Positions 15,001 through 30,000 of a stretch of 64,000 bases of DNA are shown here, piece by piece. Origin of the DNA: Eledone cirrhosa (Eukaryota); NCBI GenBank assembly GCA_964016885.1, contig OZ024750.1, forward strand, positions 38,812,001-38,876,000. The letters run 5' to 3'. Each line of letters starts with the position of its first letter. The first letter of the stretch is position 1. A program made the position numbers and the translations under genes. The notes below the pieces were generated by a model that had not been told where the DNA came from, did no database searches, and saw only the letters and a list, made by a program, of their open reading frames with translations.

Positions 15001-18000
15001 GACAGTGTCTAGTAATGTAGGTACTGGACAGTGTATAATAATGTAGGTACAGGACAGTGTCTAGTAATGTAGGTACAGGACAGTGTCTAGTAATGTAGGT
15101 ATAGAACAGTGTCTAGTAATGTGGGTACTGGACAGTGTCTAGTAATGTAGGTACAGGACAGTGTCTAGTAATGTAAGTACAGGACAGTGTCTAGTAATGT
15201 AGGTACAGGACAGTGTCTAGTAATGTGGGTACTGGACAGTGTCTAGTAATGTAGGTACAGGACAGTGTCTAGTAATGTAGGTACAGGACAGTGTCTAGTA
15301 GTGTAGGTACTGGACAGTGTCTAGTAGTGTAGGTACAGGACAGTGTCTAGTAATGTAGGTACAGGACAGTGACTAGTAATGTAGTTACTGGACAGTGTCT
15401 AGTAGTGTAGGTACAGGACAGTGTGTAGTAATTTAGGTACAGGACAGTGTGTAGTAATGTAGGTACAGGACAGTGTCTAGTATTGTAGGTACTGGACAGT
15501 GTCTAGTAATGTTGGTACTGGACAGTGTCTAGTAATGTTGGTACTGGACAGTGTCTAGTAATGTAGCTACTGGACAGTGTCTAGTAATGTAGGTACCAGA
15601 CAGTGTCTAGTAATGTAGGTACTGGACTGTGTCTAGTAATGTAGGTACTGGACAGTGTCTAGTAATGTAGGTACAGGCCAGTGTCTAGTAATGTAGGTAC
15701 TGGACAGTGTCTAGTAGTGTAGGTACTGGACAGTGTCTAGTAGTGTAGGTACAGGACAGTGTCTAGTAATGTAGGTACTGGACAGTGTCTAGTAATGTAG
15801 GTATAGGACAGTGTCTAGTAATGTAGGTATAGGACAGTGTCTAATAATGTAGGTACAGGACAGTGTCTAGTAATGTAGGTATAGGACAGTGTCTAGTAAT
15901 GTAGGTACAGGACAGTGTCTAGTAATGTAGGTATAGGACAGTGTCTAGTACTGTAGGTACAGGACAGTGTCTAGTAATGTAGGTACAGGACAGTGTATAG
16001 TCATGTAGGTACTGGACAGTGTCTAGTAATGTAGGTACTGGACAGTGTCTAGTAATGTAGGTACAGGACAGTTTCTAGTAATGTAGGTATAGGACAGTGT
16101 CTAGTAATGTAGGTACAGGAGAATGTTTAGTAAGATATGTACAGGACAGTTTCTAGTAATGTAGGTACTGGACAGTGTCTAGTAATGTAGGTACAGGACA
16201 GTGTCTAGTAATGTAGGTATAGGACAGTGTCTAGTAATGTAGGTACAGGAGAATGTCTAGTAATATATGTACAGGACAGTGTCTAGTAATGTAGGTACAG
16301 GACAGTGTCTAGTAGTGTAGGTACAGGACAGTGTCTAGTAGTGTAGGTACAGGACAGTGTCTAGTAGTGTAGGTACTGGACAGTGTCTAGTAGTGTAGGT
16401 ACAGGACAGTGTCTAGTAATGTAGGTACTGGACAGTGACTAGTAATGTAGGTACATGACAGTGTCTTGTAATGTAGGTACAGGACAGTGTCTAGTAATGT
16501 AGGTATAGGACAGTGTCTAGTAGTGTAGGTACAGGACAGTGTCTAGTAGTGTAGGTACTGGACAGTGTCTAGTAATGTAGGTACAGGACAGTGTCTAGTA
16601 ATGTAGGTACAGGACAGTGACTAGTAATGTAGGTACAGGATAGTATCTAGTAGTGTAGGTACAGGACAGTGTCTAGTAGTGTAGGTACAGGACAGTGTCT
16701 AGTAATGTAGGTACAGGACAGTGTCTAGTAATGTAGGTACTTGACAGTGACTAGTAATGTAGGTACAGGATAGTGTCTATTAATGTAGGTACAGGACAGT
16801 GTCTAGTAATGTAGGTACTTGACAGTGACTAGTAATGTAGGTACAGGACAGTGTCTAGTAATGTAGGTACTGGACAGTGTCTAGTAGTGTAGATACAGGA
16901 CAGTGTCTAGTAATGTAGGTACTGGACAGTGTCTAGTAGTGTAGGTACAGGACAGTGTCTAGTAATGTAGGTACAGGACAGTGTCTAGTAATGTAGGTAC
17001 TTGACAGTGACTAGTAATGTAGGTACAGGACAGTGTCTAGTAATGTAGGTACAGGACAGTGTCTAGTAATGTAGGTACAGGACAGTGTCTAGTAATGTAG
17101 GTACAGGTCAGTGTCTAGTAATGTAGGTACTGGACAGTGTCTAGTAGTGTAGGTACTGGACAGTGTCTAGTAGTGTAGGTACTGGACAGTGACTAGTAAT
17201 GTAGTTACTAGACAGTGTCTAGTAGTGTAGGTACAGGACAGTGTCTAGTAATGTAGGTACAGGACAGTGTCTAGTAATTTAGGTACAGGACAGTGTCTAG
17301 TAGTGTAGGTACAGGACAGTGTCTAATAGTGTAGGTACAGGACAGTGTCTAGTAATGTAGGTACAGGACAGTGTCTAGTAGTGTAGGTACATGACAGTGT
17401 CTAGTAGTGTAGGTACAGGACAGTGTCTAGTAATTTAGGTACAGGACAGTAACTAGTAATGTAGGTACAGGACAGTGTCTAGTAGTGTAGGTACTGGACA
17501 GTGTCTAGTAGTGTAGGTACAGGACAGTGTCTAGTAGTCTAGGTACAGGACAGTGACTAGTAATGTAGGTACAGGACAGTGTCTAATAGTGTAGGTACTG
17601 GACAGTGTCTAGTAGTGTAGGTACTGGACAGTGTCTAGTAGTGTAGGTACAGGACAGTGTCTAGTAATGTAGGTACTGGAAAGTGTCTAGTAATGTAGGT
17701 ACAGGACAGTGTCTAGTAGAGTAGGTACTGGACAGTGTCTAGTAATGTAGGTACAGGACAATGTCTAGTAATGTAGGTACTGGACAGTGTCTAGTAGTGT
17801 AGGTACTGGACAGTGTCTAGTAATGTAGGTACTGGACAGTATCTAGTAATGTAGGTATAGGACAGTGTCTAGTAATGTAGGTACAGGACAGTGTCTAGTA
17901 ATGTAGGTATAGGACAGTGTCTAGTAGTGTAGGTACAGGACAGTGTCTAGTAATGTAGGTACAGGACAGTGTATAGTCATGTAGGTACTGGACAGTGTCT

Positions 18001-21000
18001 AGTAATGTAGGTACTGGATAGTGTCTAGTAATGTAGGTACAGGACAGTGTCTAGTAATGTAGGTATAGGACAGTGTCTAGTAATGTAGGTACAGGAGAAT
18101 GTTTAGTAATATATGTACCGGACAGTTTTTAGTAATGTAGGTACAGGACAGTGTCTAGTAGTGTAGGTACAGGACAGTGTCTAGTAGTGTAGGTACAGGA
18201 CAGTGTCTAGTAGTGTAGGTACTGGACAGTGTCTAGTAGTGTAGGTACAGGACAGTGTCTAGTAATGTAGGTACAGGACAGTGTCTAGTAATGTAGGTAC
18301 TTGACAGTGACTAGTAATGTAGGTACAGGACAGTTTCTAGTAATGTAGGTACAGGACAGTGTCTAGTAATGTAGGTACTGGACAGTGTCTAGTAGTGTAG
18401 GTACAGGACAGTGTCTAGTAATGTAGGTACAGGACAGTGTCTAGTAATGTAGGTACTTGACAGTGACTAGTAATGTAGGTACAGGACAGTTTCTAGTAAT
18501 GTAGGTACAGGACAGTGTCTAGTAATGTAGGTACAGGACAGTGTCTAGTAATGTAGGTACAGGACAGTGCCTAGTAATGTAGGTACTGGACAGTGTCTAG
18601 TAATGTAGGTACTGGACATTGTCTAGTAGTGTAGGTACAGGACAGTGTCTAGTAGTGTAGGCACAGGACAGTGTCTAGTAATGTAGGTACAGGACAGTGT
18701 CTAGTAATGTAGGTACAGGACAGTGTCTAGTAATGTAGGTACAGGACAGTGTCTAGTAATGTAGGTACAGGACACTGTCTAGTAGCATAGGTACAGGACA
18801 GTGTATAGTAGTGTAGGTACAGGACAGTGTCTAGTGATGTAGATACAGGACAGTGTCTAGTAGTGTAGGTACTAGACAGTGTCTAGTAGTGTAGGTACTG
18901 GACAGTGTCTAGTAGTGTAGGTACAGGACAGTCTCTAGTAATGTAGGTACAGGACAGTGTCTAGTAATGTAGGTACTGGACAGTGTATAGTAATGTAGGT
19001 ACAGGACAGTGTCTAGTAATGTAGGTACAGGACAGTGTCTAGTAATGTAGGTATAGAACAGTGTCTAGTAATGTGGGTACTGGACAGTGTCTAGTAATGT
19101 AGGTACAGGACAGTGTCTAGTAATGTAAGTACAGGACAGTGTCTAGTAATGTAGGTACAGGACAGTGTCTAGTAATGTGGGTACTGGACAGTGTCTAGTA
19201 ATGTAGGTACAGGACAGTGTCTAGTAATGTAGGTACAGGACAGTGTCTAGTAGTGTAGGTACTGGACAGTGTCTAGTAGTGTAGGTACAGGACAGTGTCT
19301 AGTAATGTAGGTACAGAACAGTGACTAGTAATGTAGTTACTGGACAGTGTCTAGTAGTGTAGGTACAGGACAGTGTGTAGTAATTTAGGTACAGGACAGT
19401 GTGTAGTAATGTAGGTACAGGACAGTGTCTAGTATTGTAGGTACTGGACAGTGTCTAGTAATGTTGGTACTGGACAGTGTCTAGTAATGTTGGTACTGGA
19501 CAGTGTCTAGTAATGTAGCTACTGGACAGTGTCTAGTAGTGTAGGTACAGGACAGTGTCTAGTAATGTAGGTACTGGAAAGTGTCTAGTAATGTAGGTAC
19601 AGGACAGTGTCTAGTAGAGTAGGTACTGGACAGTGTCTAGTAATGTAGGTACAGGACAGTGTCTAGTAATGTAGGTACTGGACAGTGTCTAGTAGTGTAG
19701 GTACTGGACAGTGTCTAGTAATGTAGGTACTGGACAGTGTCTAGTAATGTAGGTATAGGACAGTGTCTAGTAATGTAGGTATAGGACAGTGTCTAATAAT
19801 GTAGGTACAGGACAGTGTCTAGTAATGTAGGTATAGGACAGTGTCTAGTAATGTAGGTACAGGACAGTGTCTAGTAATGTAGGTATAGGACAGTGTCTAG
19901 TACTGTAGGTACAGGACAGTGTCTAGTAATGTAGGTACAGGACAGTGTATAGTCATGTAGGTACTGGACAGTGTCTAGTAATGTAGGTACTGGACAGTGT
20001 CTAGTAATGTAGGTACAGGACAGTTTCTAGTAATGTAGGTATAGGACAGTGTCTAGTAATGTAGGTACAGGAGAATGTTTAGTAATATATGTACAGGACA
20101 GTTTCTAGTAATGTAGGTACTGGACAGTGTCTAGTAATGTAGGTACAGGACAGTGTCTAGTAATGTAGGTATAGGACAGTGTCTAGTAATGTAGGTACAG
20201 GAGAATGTCTAGTAATATATGTACAGGACAGTGTCTAGTAATGTAGGTACAGGACAGTGTCTAGTAGTGTAGGTACAGGACAGTGTCTAGTAGTGTAGGT
20301 ACAGGACAGTGTCTAGTAGTGTAGGTACTGGACAGTGTCTAGTAGTGTAGGTACAGGACAGTGTCTAGTAATGTAGGTACTGGACAGTGACTAGTAATGT
20401 AGGTACATGACAGTGTCTTGTAATGTAGGTACAGGACAGTGTCTAGTAATGTAGGTATAGGACAGTGTCTAGTAGTGTAGGTACAGGACAGTGTCTAGTA
20501 GTGTAGGTACTGGACAGTGTCTAGTAATGTAGGTACAGGACAGTGTCTAGTAATGTAGGTACAGGACAGTGACTAGTAATGTAGGTACAGGACAGTGTCT
20601 AGTAGTGTAGGTACAGGACAGTGTCTAGTAGTGTAGGTACAGGACAGTGTCTAGTAATGTAGGTACAGGACAGTGTCTAGTAATGTAGGTATAGAACAGT
20701 GTCTAGTAATGTGGGTACTGGACAGTGTCTAGTAATGTAGGTACAGGACAGTGTCTAGTAATGTAAGTACAGGACAGTGTCTAGTAATGTAGGTACAGGA
20801 CAGTGTCTAGTAATGTGGGTACTGGACAGTGTCTAGTAATGTAGGTACAGGACAGTGTCTAGTAATGTAGGTACAGGACAGTGTCTAGTAGTGTAGGTAC
20901 TGGACAGTGTCTAGTAGTGTAGGTACAGGACAGTGTCTAGTAATGTAGGTACAGAACAGTGACTAGTAATGTAGTTACTGGACAGTGTCTAGTAGTGTAG

Positions 21001-24000
21001 GTACAGGACAGTGTGTAGTAATTTAGGTACAGGACAGTGTGTAGTAATGTAGGTACAGGACAGTGTCTAGTATTGTAGGTACTGGACAGTGTCTAGTAAT
21101 GTTGGTACTGGACAGTGTCTAGTAATGTTGGTACTGGACAGTGTCTAGTAATGTAGCTACTGGACAGTGTCTAGTAGTGTAGGTACAGGACAGTGTCTAG
21201 TAATGTAGGTACTGGAAAGTGTCTAGTAATGTAGGTACAGGACAGTGTCTAGTAGAGTAGGTACTGGACAGTGTCTAGTAATGTAGGTACAGGACAGTGT
21301 CTAGTAATGTAGGTACTGGACAGTGTCTAGTAGTGTAGGTACTGGACAGTGTCTAGTAATGTAGGTACTGGACAGTGTCTAGTAATGTAGGTATAGGACA
21401 GTGTCTAGTAATGTAGGTATAGGACAGTGTCTAATAATGTAGGTACAGGACAGTGTCTAGTAATGTAGGTATAGGACAGTGTCTAGTAATGTAGGTACAG
21501 GACAGTGTCTAGTAATGTAGGTATAGGACAGTGTCTAGTACTGTAGGTACAGGACAGTGTCTAGTAATGTAGGTACAGGACAGTGTATAGTCATGTAGGT
21601 ACTGGACAGTGTCTAGTAATGTAGGTACTGGACAGTGTCTAGTAATGTAGGTACAGGACAGTTTCTAGTAATGTAGGTATAGGACAGTGTCTAGTAATGT
21701 AGGTACAGGAGAATGTTTAGTAATATATGTACAGGACAGTTTCTAGTAATGTAGGTACTGGACAGTGTCTAGTAATGTAGGTACAGGACAGTGTCTAGTA
21801 ATGTAGGTATAGGACAGTGTCTAGTAATGTAGGTACAGGAGAATGTCTAGTAATATATGTACAGGACAGTGTCTAGTAATGTAGGTACAGGACAGTGTCT
21901 AGTAGTGTAGGTACAGGACAGTGTCTAGTAGTGTAGGTACAGGACAGTGTCTAGTAGTGTAGGTACTGGACAGTGTCTAGTAGTGTAGGTACAGGACAGT
22001 GTCTAGTAATGTAGGTACTGGACAGTGACTAGTAATGTAGGTACATGACAGTGTCTTGTAATGTAGGTACAGGACAGTGTCTAGTAATGTAGGTATAGGA
22101 CAGTGTCTAGTAGTGTAGGTACAGGACAGTGTCTAGTAGTGTAGGTACTGGACAGTGTCTAGTAATGTAGGTACAGGACAGTGTCTAGTAATGTAGGTAC
22201 AGGACAGTGTCTAGTAGTGTAGGTACAGGACAGTGTCTAGTAGTGTAGGTACAGGACAGTGTCTAGTAATGTAGGTACAGGACAGTGTCTAGTAATGTAG
22301 GTACAGGACACTGTCTAGTAGCATAGGTACAGGACAGTGTATAGTAGTGTAGGTACAGGACAGTGTCTAGTGATGTAGATACAGGACAGTGTCTAGTAGT
22401 GTAGGTACTGGACAGTGTCTAGTAGTGTAGGTACAGGACAGTCTCTAGTAATGTAGGTACAGGACAGTGTCTAGTAATGTAGGTACTGGACAGTGTATAG
22501 TAATGTAGGTACAGGACAGTGTCTAGTAATGTAGGTACAGGACAGTGTCTAGTAATGTAGGTATAGAACAGTGTCTAGTAATGTGGGTACTGGACAGTGT
22601 CTAGTAATGTAGGTACAGGACAGTGTCTAGTAATGTAAGTACAGGACAGTGTCTAGTAATGTAGGTACAGGACAGTGTCTAGTAATGTGGGTACTGGACA
22701 GTGTCTAGTAATGTAGGTACAGGACAGTGTCTAGTAATGTAGGTACAGGACAGTGTCTAGTAGTGTAGGTACTGGACAGTGTCTAGTAGTGTAGGTACAG
22801 GACAGTGTCTAGTAATGTAGGTACAGAACAGTGACTAGTAATGTAGTTACTGGACAGTGTCTAGTAGTGTAGGTACAGGACAGTGTGTAGTAATTTAGGT
22901 ACAGGACAGTGTGTAGTAATGTAGGTACAGGACAGTGTCTAGTATTGTAGGTACTGGACAGTGTCTAGTAATGTTGGTACTGGACAGTGTCTAGTAATGT
23001 TGGTACTGGACAGTGTCTAGTAATGTAGCTACTGGACAGTGTCTAGTAGTGTAGGTACAGGACAGTGTCTAGTAATGTAGGTACTGGAAAGTGTCTAGTA
23101 ATGTAGGTACAGGACAGTGTCTAGTAGAGTAGGTACTGGACAGTGTCTAGTAATGTAGGTACAGGACAGTGTCTAGTAATGTAGGTACTGGACAGTGTCT
23201 AGTAGTGTAGGTACTGGACAGTGTCTAGTAATGTAGGTACTGGACAGTGTCTAGTAATGTAGGTATAGGACAGTGTCTAGTAATGTAGGTATAGGACAGT
23301 GTCTAATAATGTAGGTACAGGACAGTGTCTAGTAATGTAGGTATAGGACAGTGTCTAGTAATGTAGGTACAGGACAGTGTCTAGTAATGTAGGTATAGGA
23401 CAGTGTCTAGTACTGTAGGTACAGGACAGTGTCTAGTAATGTAGGTACAGGACAGTGTATAGTCATGTAGGTACTGGACAGTGTCTAGTAATGTAGGTAC
23501 TGGACAGTGTCTAGTAATGTAGGTACAGGACAGTTTCTAGTAATGTAGGTATAGGACAGTGTCTAGTAATGTAGGTACAGGAGAATGTTTAGTAATATAT
23601 GTACAGGACAGTTTCTAGTAATGTAGGTACTGGACAGTGTCTAGTAATGTAGGTACAGGACAGTGTCTAGTAATGTAGGTATAGGACAGTGTCTAGTAAT
23701 GTAGGTACAGGAGAATGTCTAGTAATATATGTACAGGACAGTGTCTAGTAATGTAGGTACAGGACAGTGTCTAGTAGTGTAGGTACAGGACAGTGTCTAG
23801 TAGTGTAGGTACAGGACAGTGTCTAGTAGTGTAGGTACTGGACAGTGTCTAGTAGTGTAGGTACAGGACAGTGTCTAGTAATGTAGGTACTGGACAGTGA
23901 CTAGTAATGTAGGTACATGACAGTGTCTTGTAATGTAGGTACAGGACAGTGTCTAGTAATGTAGGTATAGGACAGTGTCTAGTAGTGTAGGTACAGGACA

Positions 24001-27000
24001 GTGTCTAGTAGTGTAGGTACTGGACAGTGTCTAGTAATGTAGGTACAGGACAGTGTCTAGTAATGTAGGTACAGGACAGTGACTAGTAATGTAGGTACAG
24101 GACAGTGTCTAGTAGTGTAGGTACAGGACAGTGTCTAGTAGTGTAGGTACAGGACAGTGTCTAGTAATGTAGGTACAGGACAGTGTCTAGTAATGTAGGT
24201 ACTTGACAGTGACTAGTAATGTAGGTACAGGATAGTGTCTATTAATGTAGGTACAGGACAGTGTCTAGTAATGTAGGTACTTGACAGTGACTAGTAATGT
24301 AGGTACAGGACAGTGTCTAGTAATGTAGGTACTGGACAGTGTCTAGTAGTGTAGATACAGGACAGTGTCTAGTAATGTAGGTACTGGACAGTGTCTAGTA
24401 GTGTAGGTACAGGACAGTGTCTAGTAATGTAGGTACAGGACAGTGTCTAGTAATGTAGGTACTTGACAGTGACTAGTAATGTAGGTACAGGACAGTGTCT
24501 AGTAATGTAGGTACAGGACAGTGTCTAGTAATGTAGGTACAGGACAGTGTCTAGTAATGTAGGTACAGGTCAGTGTCTAGTAATGTAGGTACTGGACAGT
24601 GTCTAGTAATGTAGGTACAGGATAGTGTCTAGTAATGTAGGTACTTGACAGTGACTAGTAATGTAGGTACTTGACAGTGACTAGTAATGTAGGTACAGGA
24701 CAGTGTCTTGTAATGTAGGTACAGGACAGTGTCTAGTAATGTAGGTATAGGACAGTGTCTAGTAGTGTAGGTACAGGACAGTGTCTAGTAGTGTAGGTAC
24801 TGGACAGTGTCTAGTAATGTAGGTACAGGACAGTGTCTAGTAATGTAGGTACAGGACAGTAACTAGTAATGTAGGTACAGGACAGTGTCTAGTAATGTAG
24901 GTACTAGACAGTGTCTAATAATGTAGGTACTGGACAATGTCTAGTAGTGTAGGTACAGGACAGTGTCTAGTAATGTAGGTACAGGACAGTGTCTAGTAAT
25001 GTAGGTACTTGACAGTGACTAGTAATGTAGGTATAGGATAGTGTCTAGTAATGTAGGTACAGGACAGTGTCTAGTAATGTAGGTACTTGACAGTGACTAG
25101 TAATGTAGGTACAGGACAGTGTCTAGTAATGTAGGTACTGGACAGTGTCTAGTAATGTAGGTACTTGACAGTGACTAGTAATGTAGGTACAGGACAGTGT
25201 CTAGTAATGTAGGTATTGGACAGTGTCTAGTAATGTAGGTACAGGACAGTGTCTAGTAATGTAGGTATAGAACAGTGTCTAGTAATGTAGGTACAGGACA
25301 GTGTCTAGTAATGTAGGTACTGGACAGTGTCTAGTAGTGTAGGTACAGGATAGTGTCTAGTAATGTAGGTACTGGACAGTGTCTAGTAGTGTAGGTACAG
25401 GACAGTGTCTAGTAATGTAGGTACAGGACAGTGTCTAGTAATGTAGGTACAGGATAGTGTCTAGTAATGTAGGTACAGGACAGTGTCTAGTAATGTAGGT
25501 ACAGGACAGTGTCTAGTAGTGTAGGTACAGGACAGTGTCTAGTAATGTGGGTACTGGACAGTGTCTAGTAATGTAGGTACAGGACAGTGTCTAGTAATGT
25601 AGGTACAGGACAGTGTCTAGTGTACTGGACAGTGTCTAGTAGTGTAGGTACTGGACAGTGTCTAGTAGTGTAGGTACAGGACAGTGTCTAGTAATGTAGG
25701 TACAGGACAGTGTCTAGTAGTGTAGGTACAGGACAGTGTCTAGTAGTGTAGGTACTGGACAGTGTCTAGTAGTGTAGGTACTGGACAGTGTCTAGTAATT
25801 TAGGTACAGGACAGTGACTAGTAATTTAGGTACAGGACAGTGACTAGTAATGTAGTTACTGGACAGTGTCTAGTAGTGTAGGTACAGGACAGTGTCTAGT
25901 AGTGTAGGTACTGGACAGTGTCTAGTAGTGTAGGTACTGGACAGTGTCTAGTAGTGTAGGTACAGGACAGTGTCTAGTAGTGTAGGTACAGGACAGTGTC
26001 TAGTAATTTAGGTACAGGACAGTGACTAGTAATGTAGGTACAGGACAGTGTCTATTAATGTAGGTACAGGACAGTGTCTAGTAGTGTAGGTACTGGACAG
26101 TGTCTAGTAGTGTAGGTACTGGACAGTGACTAGTAATGTAGTTACTAGACAGTGTCTAGTAGTGTAGGTACAGGACAGTGTCTAGTAATGTAGGTACAGG
26201 ACAGTGTCTAGTAATTTAGGTACAGGACAGTGTCTAGTAGTGTAGGTACAGGACAGTGTCTAATAGTGTAGGTACGGGACAGTGTCTAGTAATGTAGGTA
26301 CAGGACAGTGTCTAGTAGTGTAGGTACATGACAGTGTCTAGTAGTGTAGGTACAGGACAGTGTCTAGTAATTTAGGTACAGGACAGTGACTAGTAATGTA
26401 GGTACAGGACAGTGTCTAGTAGTGTAGGTACTGGACAGTGTCTAGTAGTGTAGGTACTGGACAGTGACTAGTAATGTAGTTACTGGACAGTGTCTAGTAG
26501 TGTAGGTACAGGACAGTGTCTAGTAATGTAGTTACTGGACAGTGTCTAGTAGTGTAGTTACTGGACAGTGTCTAGTAGTGTAGATACAGGACAGTGTCTA
26601 GTAGTGTAGGGACAGGACAGTGACTAGTAATGTAGGTACAGGACAGTGTCTAATAGTGTAGGTACTGGACAGTGTCTAGTAGTGTAGGTACTGGACAGTG
26701 TCTAGTAGTGTAGGTACAGGACAGTGTCTAGTAATGTAGGTACTGGAAAGTGTCTAGTAATGTAGGTACAGGACAGTGTCTAGTAGAGTAGGTACTGGAC
26801 AGTGTCTAGTAATGTAGGTACAGGACAGTGTCTAGTAATGTAGGTACTGGACACTGTCTAGTAGTGTAGGTACTGGACAGTGTCTAGTAATGTAGGTACT
26901 GGACAGTGTCTAGTAATGTAGGTATAGGACAGTGTCTAGTAATGTAGGTACAGGACAGTGTCTAGTAATGTAGGTATAGGACAGTGTCTAGTAGTGTAGG

Positions 27001-30000
27001 TACAGGACAGTGTCTAGTAATGTAGGTACAGGACAGTGTATAGTCATGTAGGTTCTGGACAGTGTCTAGTAATGTAGGTACTGGATAGTGTCTAGTAATG
27101 TAGGTACAGGACAGTGTCTAGTAATGTAGGTATAGGACAGTGTCTAGTAATGTAGGTACAGGAGAATGTTTAGTAATATATGTACAGGACAGTTTTTAGT
27201 AATGTAGGTACAGGACAGTGTCTAGTAGTGTAGGTACAGGACAGTGTCTAGTAGTGTAGGTACAGGACAGTGTCTAGTAGTGTAGGTACTGGACAGTGTC
27301 TAGTAGTGTAGGTACAGGACAGTGTCTAGTAATGTAGGTACTGGACAGTGACTAGTAATGTAGATACAGGACAGTGACTAGTAGTGTAGGTACAGGACAG
27401 TGTCTAGTAATGTAGGTACAGGACAGTGTCTAGTAATGTAGGTACAGGACAGTGTCTAGTAGAGTAGGTACAGGACAGTGTCTAGTAATGTAGGTACAGG
27501 ACAGTGTCTAGTAGTGTAGGTACAGGACATTGACTAGTAATGTAGGTACAGGACAGTGTCTAGTAATGTAGGTACTTGACAGTGACTAGTAATGTAGGTA
27601 CAGGACAGTGTCTAGTAATGTAGGTACAGGACAGTGTCTAGTAGTGTAGGTACAGGACAGTGTCTAGTAGTGTAGGTACATGACAGTGTCTAATAGTGTA
27701 GGTACAGGACAGTGTCTAGTAGAGTAGGTACAGGACAGTGTCTAGTAATGTAGGTACAGGACAGTGTCTAGTAGTGTAGGTACAGGACATTGACTAGTAA
27801 TGTAGGTACAGGACAGTGTCTAGTAATGTAGGTACTTGACAGTGACTAGTAATGTAGGTACAGGACAGTGTCTAGTAATGTAGGTACAGGACAGTGTCTA
27901 GTAATGTAGGTACTTGACAGTCACTAGTAATGTAGGTACAGGATAGTGTCTAGTAATGTAGGTACTTGACAGTGACTAGTAATGTAGGTACTTGACAGTG
28001 ACTAGTAATGTAGGTACAGGACAGTGTCTTGTAATGTAGGTACAGGACAATGTCTAGTAATGTAGGTATAGGACAGTGTCTAGTAGTGTAGGTACAGGAC
28101 AGTGTCTAGTAGTGTAGGTACTGGACAGTGTCTAGTAATGTAGGTACAGGACAGTGTCTAGTAATGTAGGTACAGGACAGTAACTAGTAATGTAGGTACA
28201 GGACAGTGTCTAGTAATGTAGGTACAGGACAGTGTCTAGTAATGTAGGTACAGGACAGTGTCTAGTAATGTAGGTACTGGACAGTGTCTAGTAGTGTAGG
28301 TACAGGACAGTGTGTAGTAATTTAGGTACAGGACAGTGTGTAGTAATGTAGGTACAGGACAGTGTCTAGTATTGTAGGTACTGGACAGTGTCTAGTAATG
28401 TTGGTACTGGACAGTGTCTAGTAATGTTGGTACTGGACAGTGTCTAGTAATGTAGCTACTGGACATTGTCTAGTAGTGTAGGTACAGGACAGTGCCTAGT
28501 AATGTAGGTACTGGAAAGTGTCTAGTAACGTAGGTACAGGACAGTGTCTAGTAGAGTAGGTACTGGACAGTGTCTAGTAATGTAGGTACAGGACAGTGTC
28601 TAGTAATGTAGGTACTGGACAGTGTCTAGTAGTGTAGGTACTGGACAGTGTCTAGTAATGTAGGTACTGGACAGTGTCTAGTAATGTAGGTATAGGACAG
28701 TGTCTAGTAATGTAGGTATAGGACAGTGTCTAATAATGTAGGTACAGGACAGTGTCTAGTAATGTAGGTATAGGACAGTGTCTAGTAATGTAGGTACAGG
28801 ACAGTGTCTAGTAATGTAGGTATAGGACAGTGTCTAGTACTGTAGGTACAAGACAGTGTCTAGTAATGTAGGTACAGGACAGTGTATAGTCATGTAGGTA
28901 CTGGACAGTGTCTAGTAATGTAGGTACTGGACAGTGTCTAGTAATGTAGGTACAGGACAGTTTCTAGTAATGTAGGTATAGGACAGTGTCTAGTAATGTA
29001 GGTACAGGAGAATGTTTAGTAATATATGTACAGGACAGTTTCTAGTAATGTAGGTACTGGACAGTGTCTAGTAATGTAGGTACAGGACAGTGTCTAGTAA
29101 TGTAGGTATAGGACAGTGTCTAGTAATGTAGGTACAGGAGAATGTCTAGTAATATATGTACAGGACAGTGTCTAGTAATGTAGGTACAGGACAGTGTCTA
29201 GTAGTGTAGGTACAGGACAGTGTCTAGTAGTGTAGGTACAGGACAGTGTCTAGTAGTGTAGGTACTGGACAGTGTCTAGTAGTGTAGGTACAGGACAGTG
29301 TCTAGTAATGTAGGTACTGGACAGTGACTAGTAATGTAGGTACATGACAGTGTCTTGTAATGTAGGTACAGGACAGTGTCTAGTAATGTAGGTATAGGAC
29401 AGTGTCTAGTAGTGTAGGTACAGGACAGTGTCTAGTAGTGTAGGTACTGGACAGTGTCTAGTAATGTAGGTACAGGACAGTGTCTAGTAATGTAGGTACA
29501 GGACAGTGACTAGTAATGTAGGTACAGGACAGTGTCTAGTAGTGTAGGTACAGGACAGTGTCTAGTAGTGTAGGTACAGGACAGTGTCTAGTAATGTAGG
29601 TACAGGACAGTGTCTAGTAATGTAGGTACTTGACAGTGACTAGTAATGTAGGTACAGGATAGTGTCTATTAATGTAGGTACAGGACAGTGTCTAGTAATG
29701 TAGGTACTTGACAGTGACTAGTAATGTAGGTACAGGACAGTGTCTAGTAATGTAGGTACTGGACAGTGTCTAGTAGTGTAGGTACAGGACAGTGTCTAGT
29801 AATGTAGGTACAGGACAGTGTCTAGTAATGTAGGTACTTGACAGTGACTAGTAATGTAGGTACAGGACAGTGTCTAGTAATGTAGGTACAGGACAGTGTC
29901 TAGTAATGTAGGTACAGGACAGTGTCTAGTAATGTAGGTACAGGTCAGTGTCTAGTAATGTAGGTACTGGACAGTGTCTAGTAATGTAGGTACTGGACAG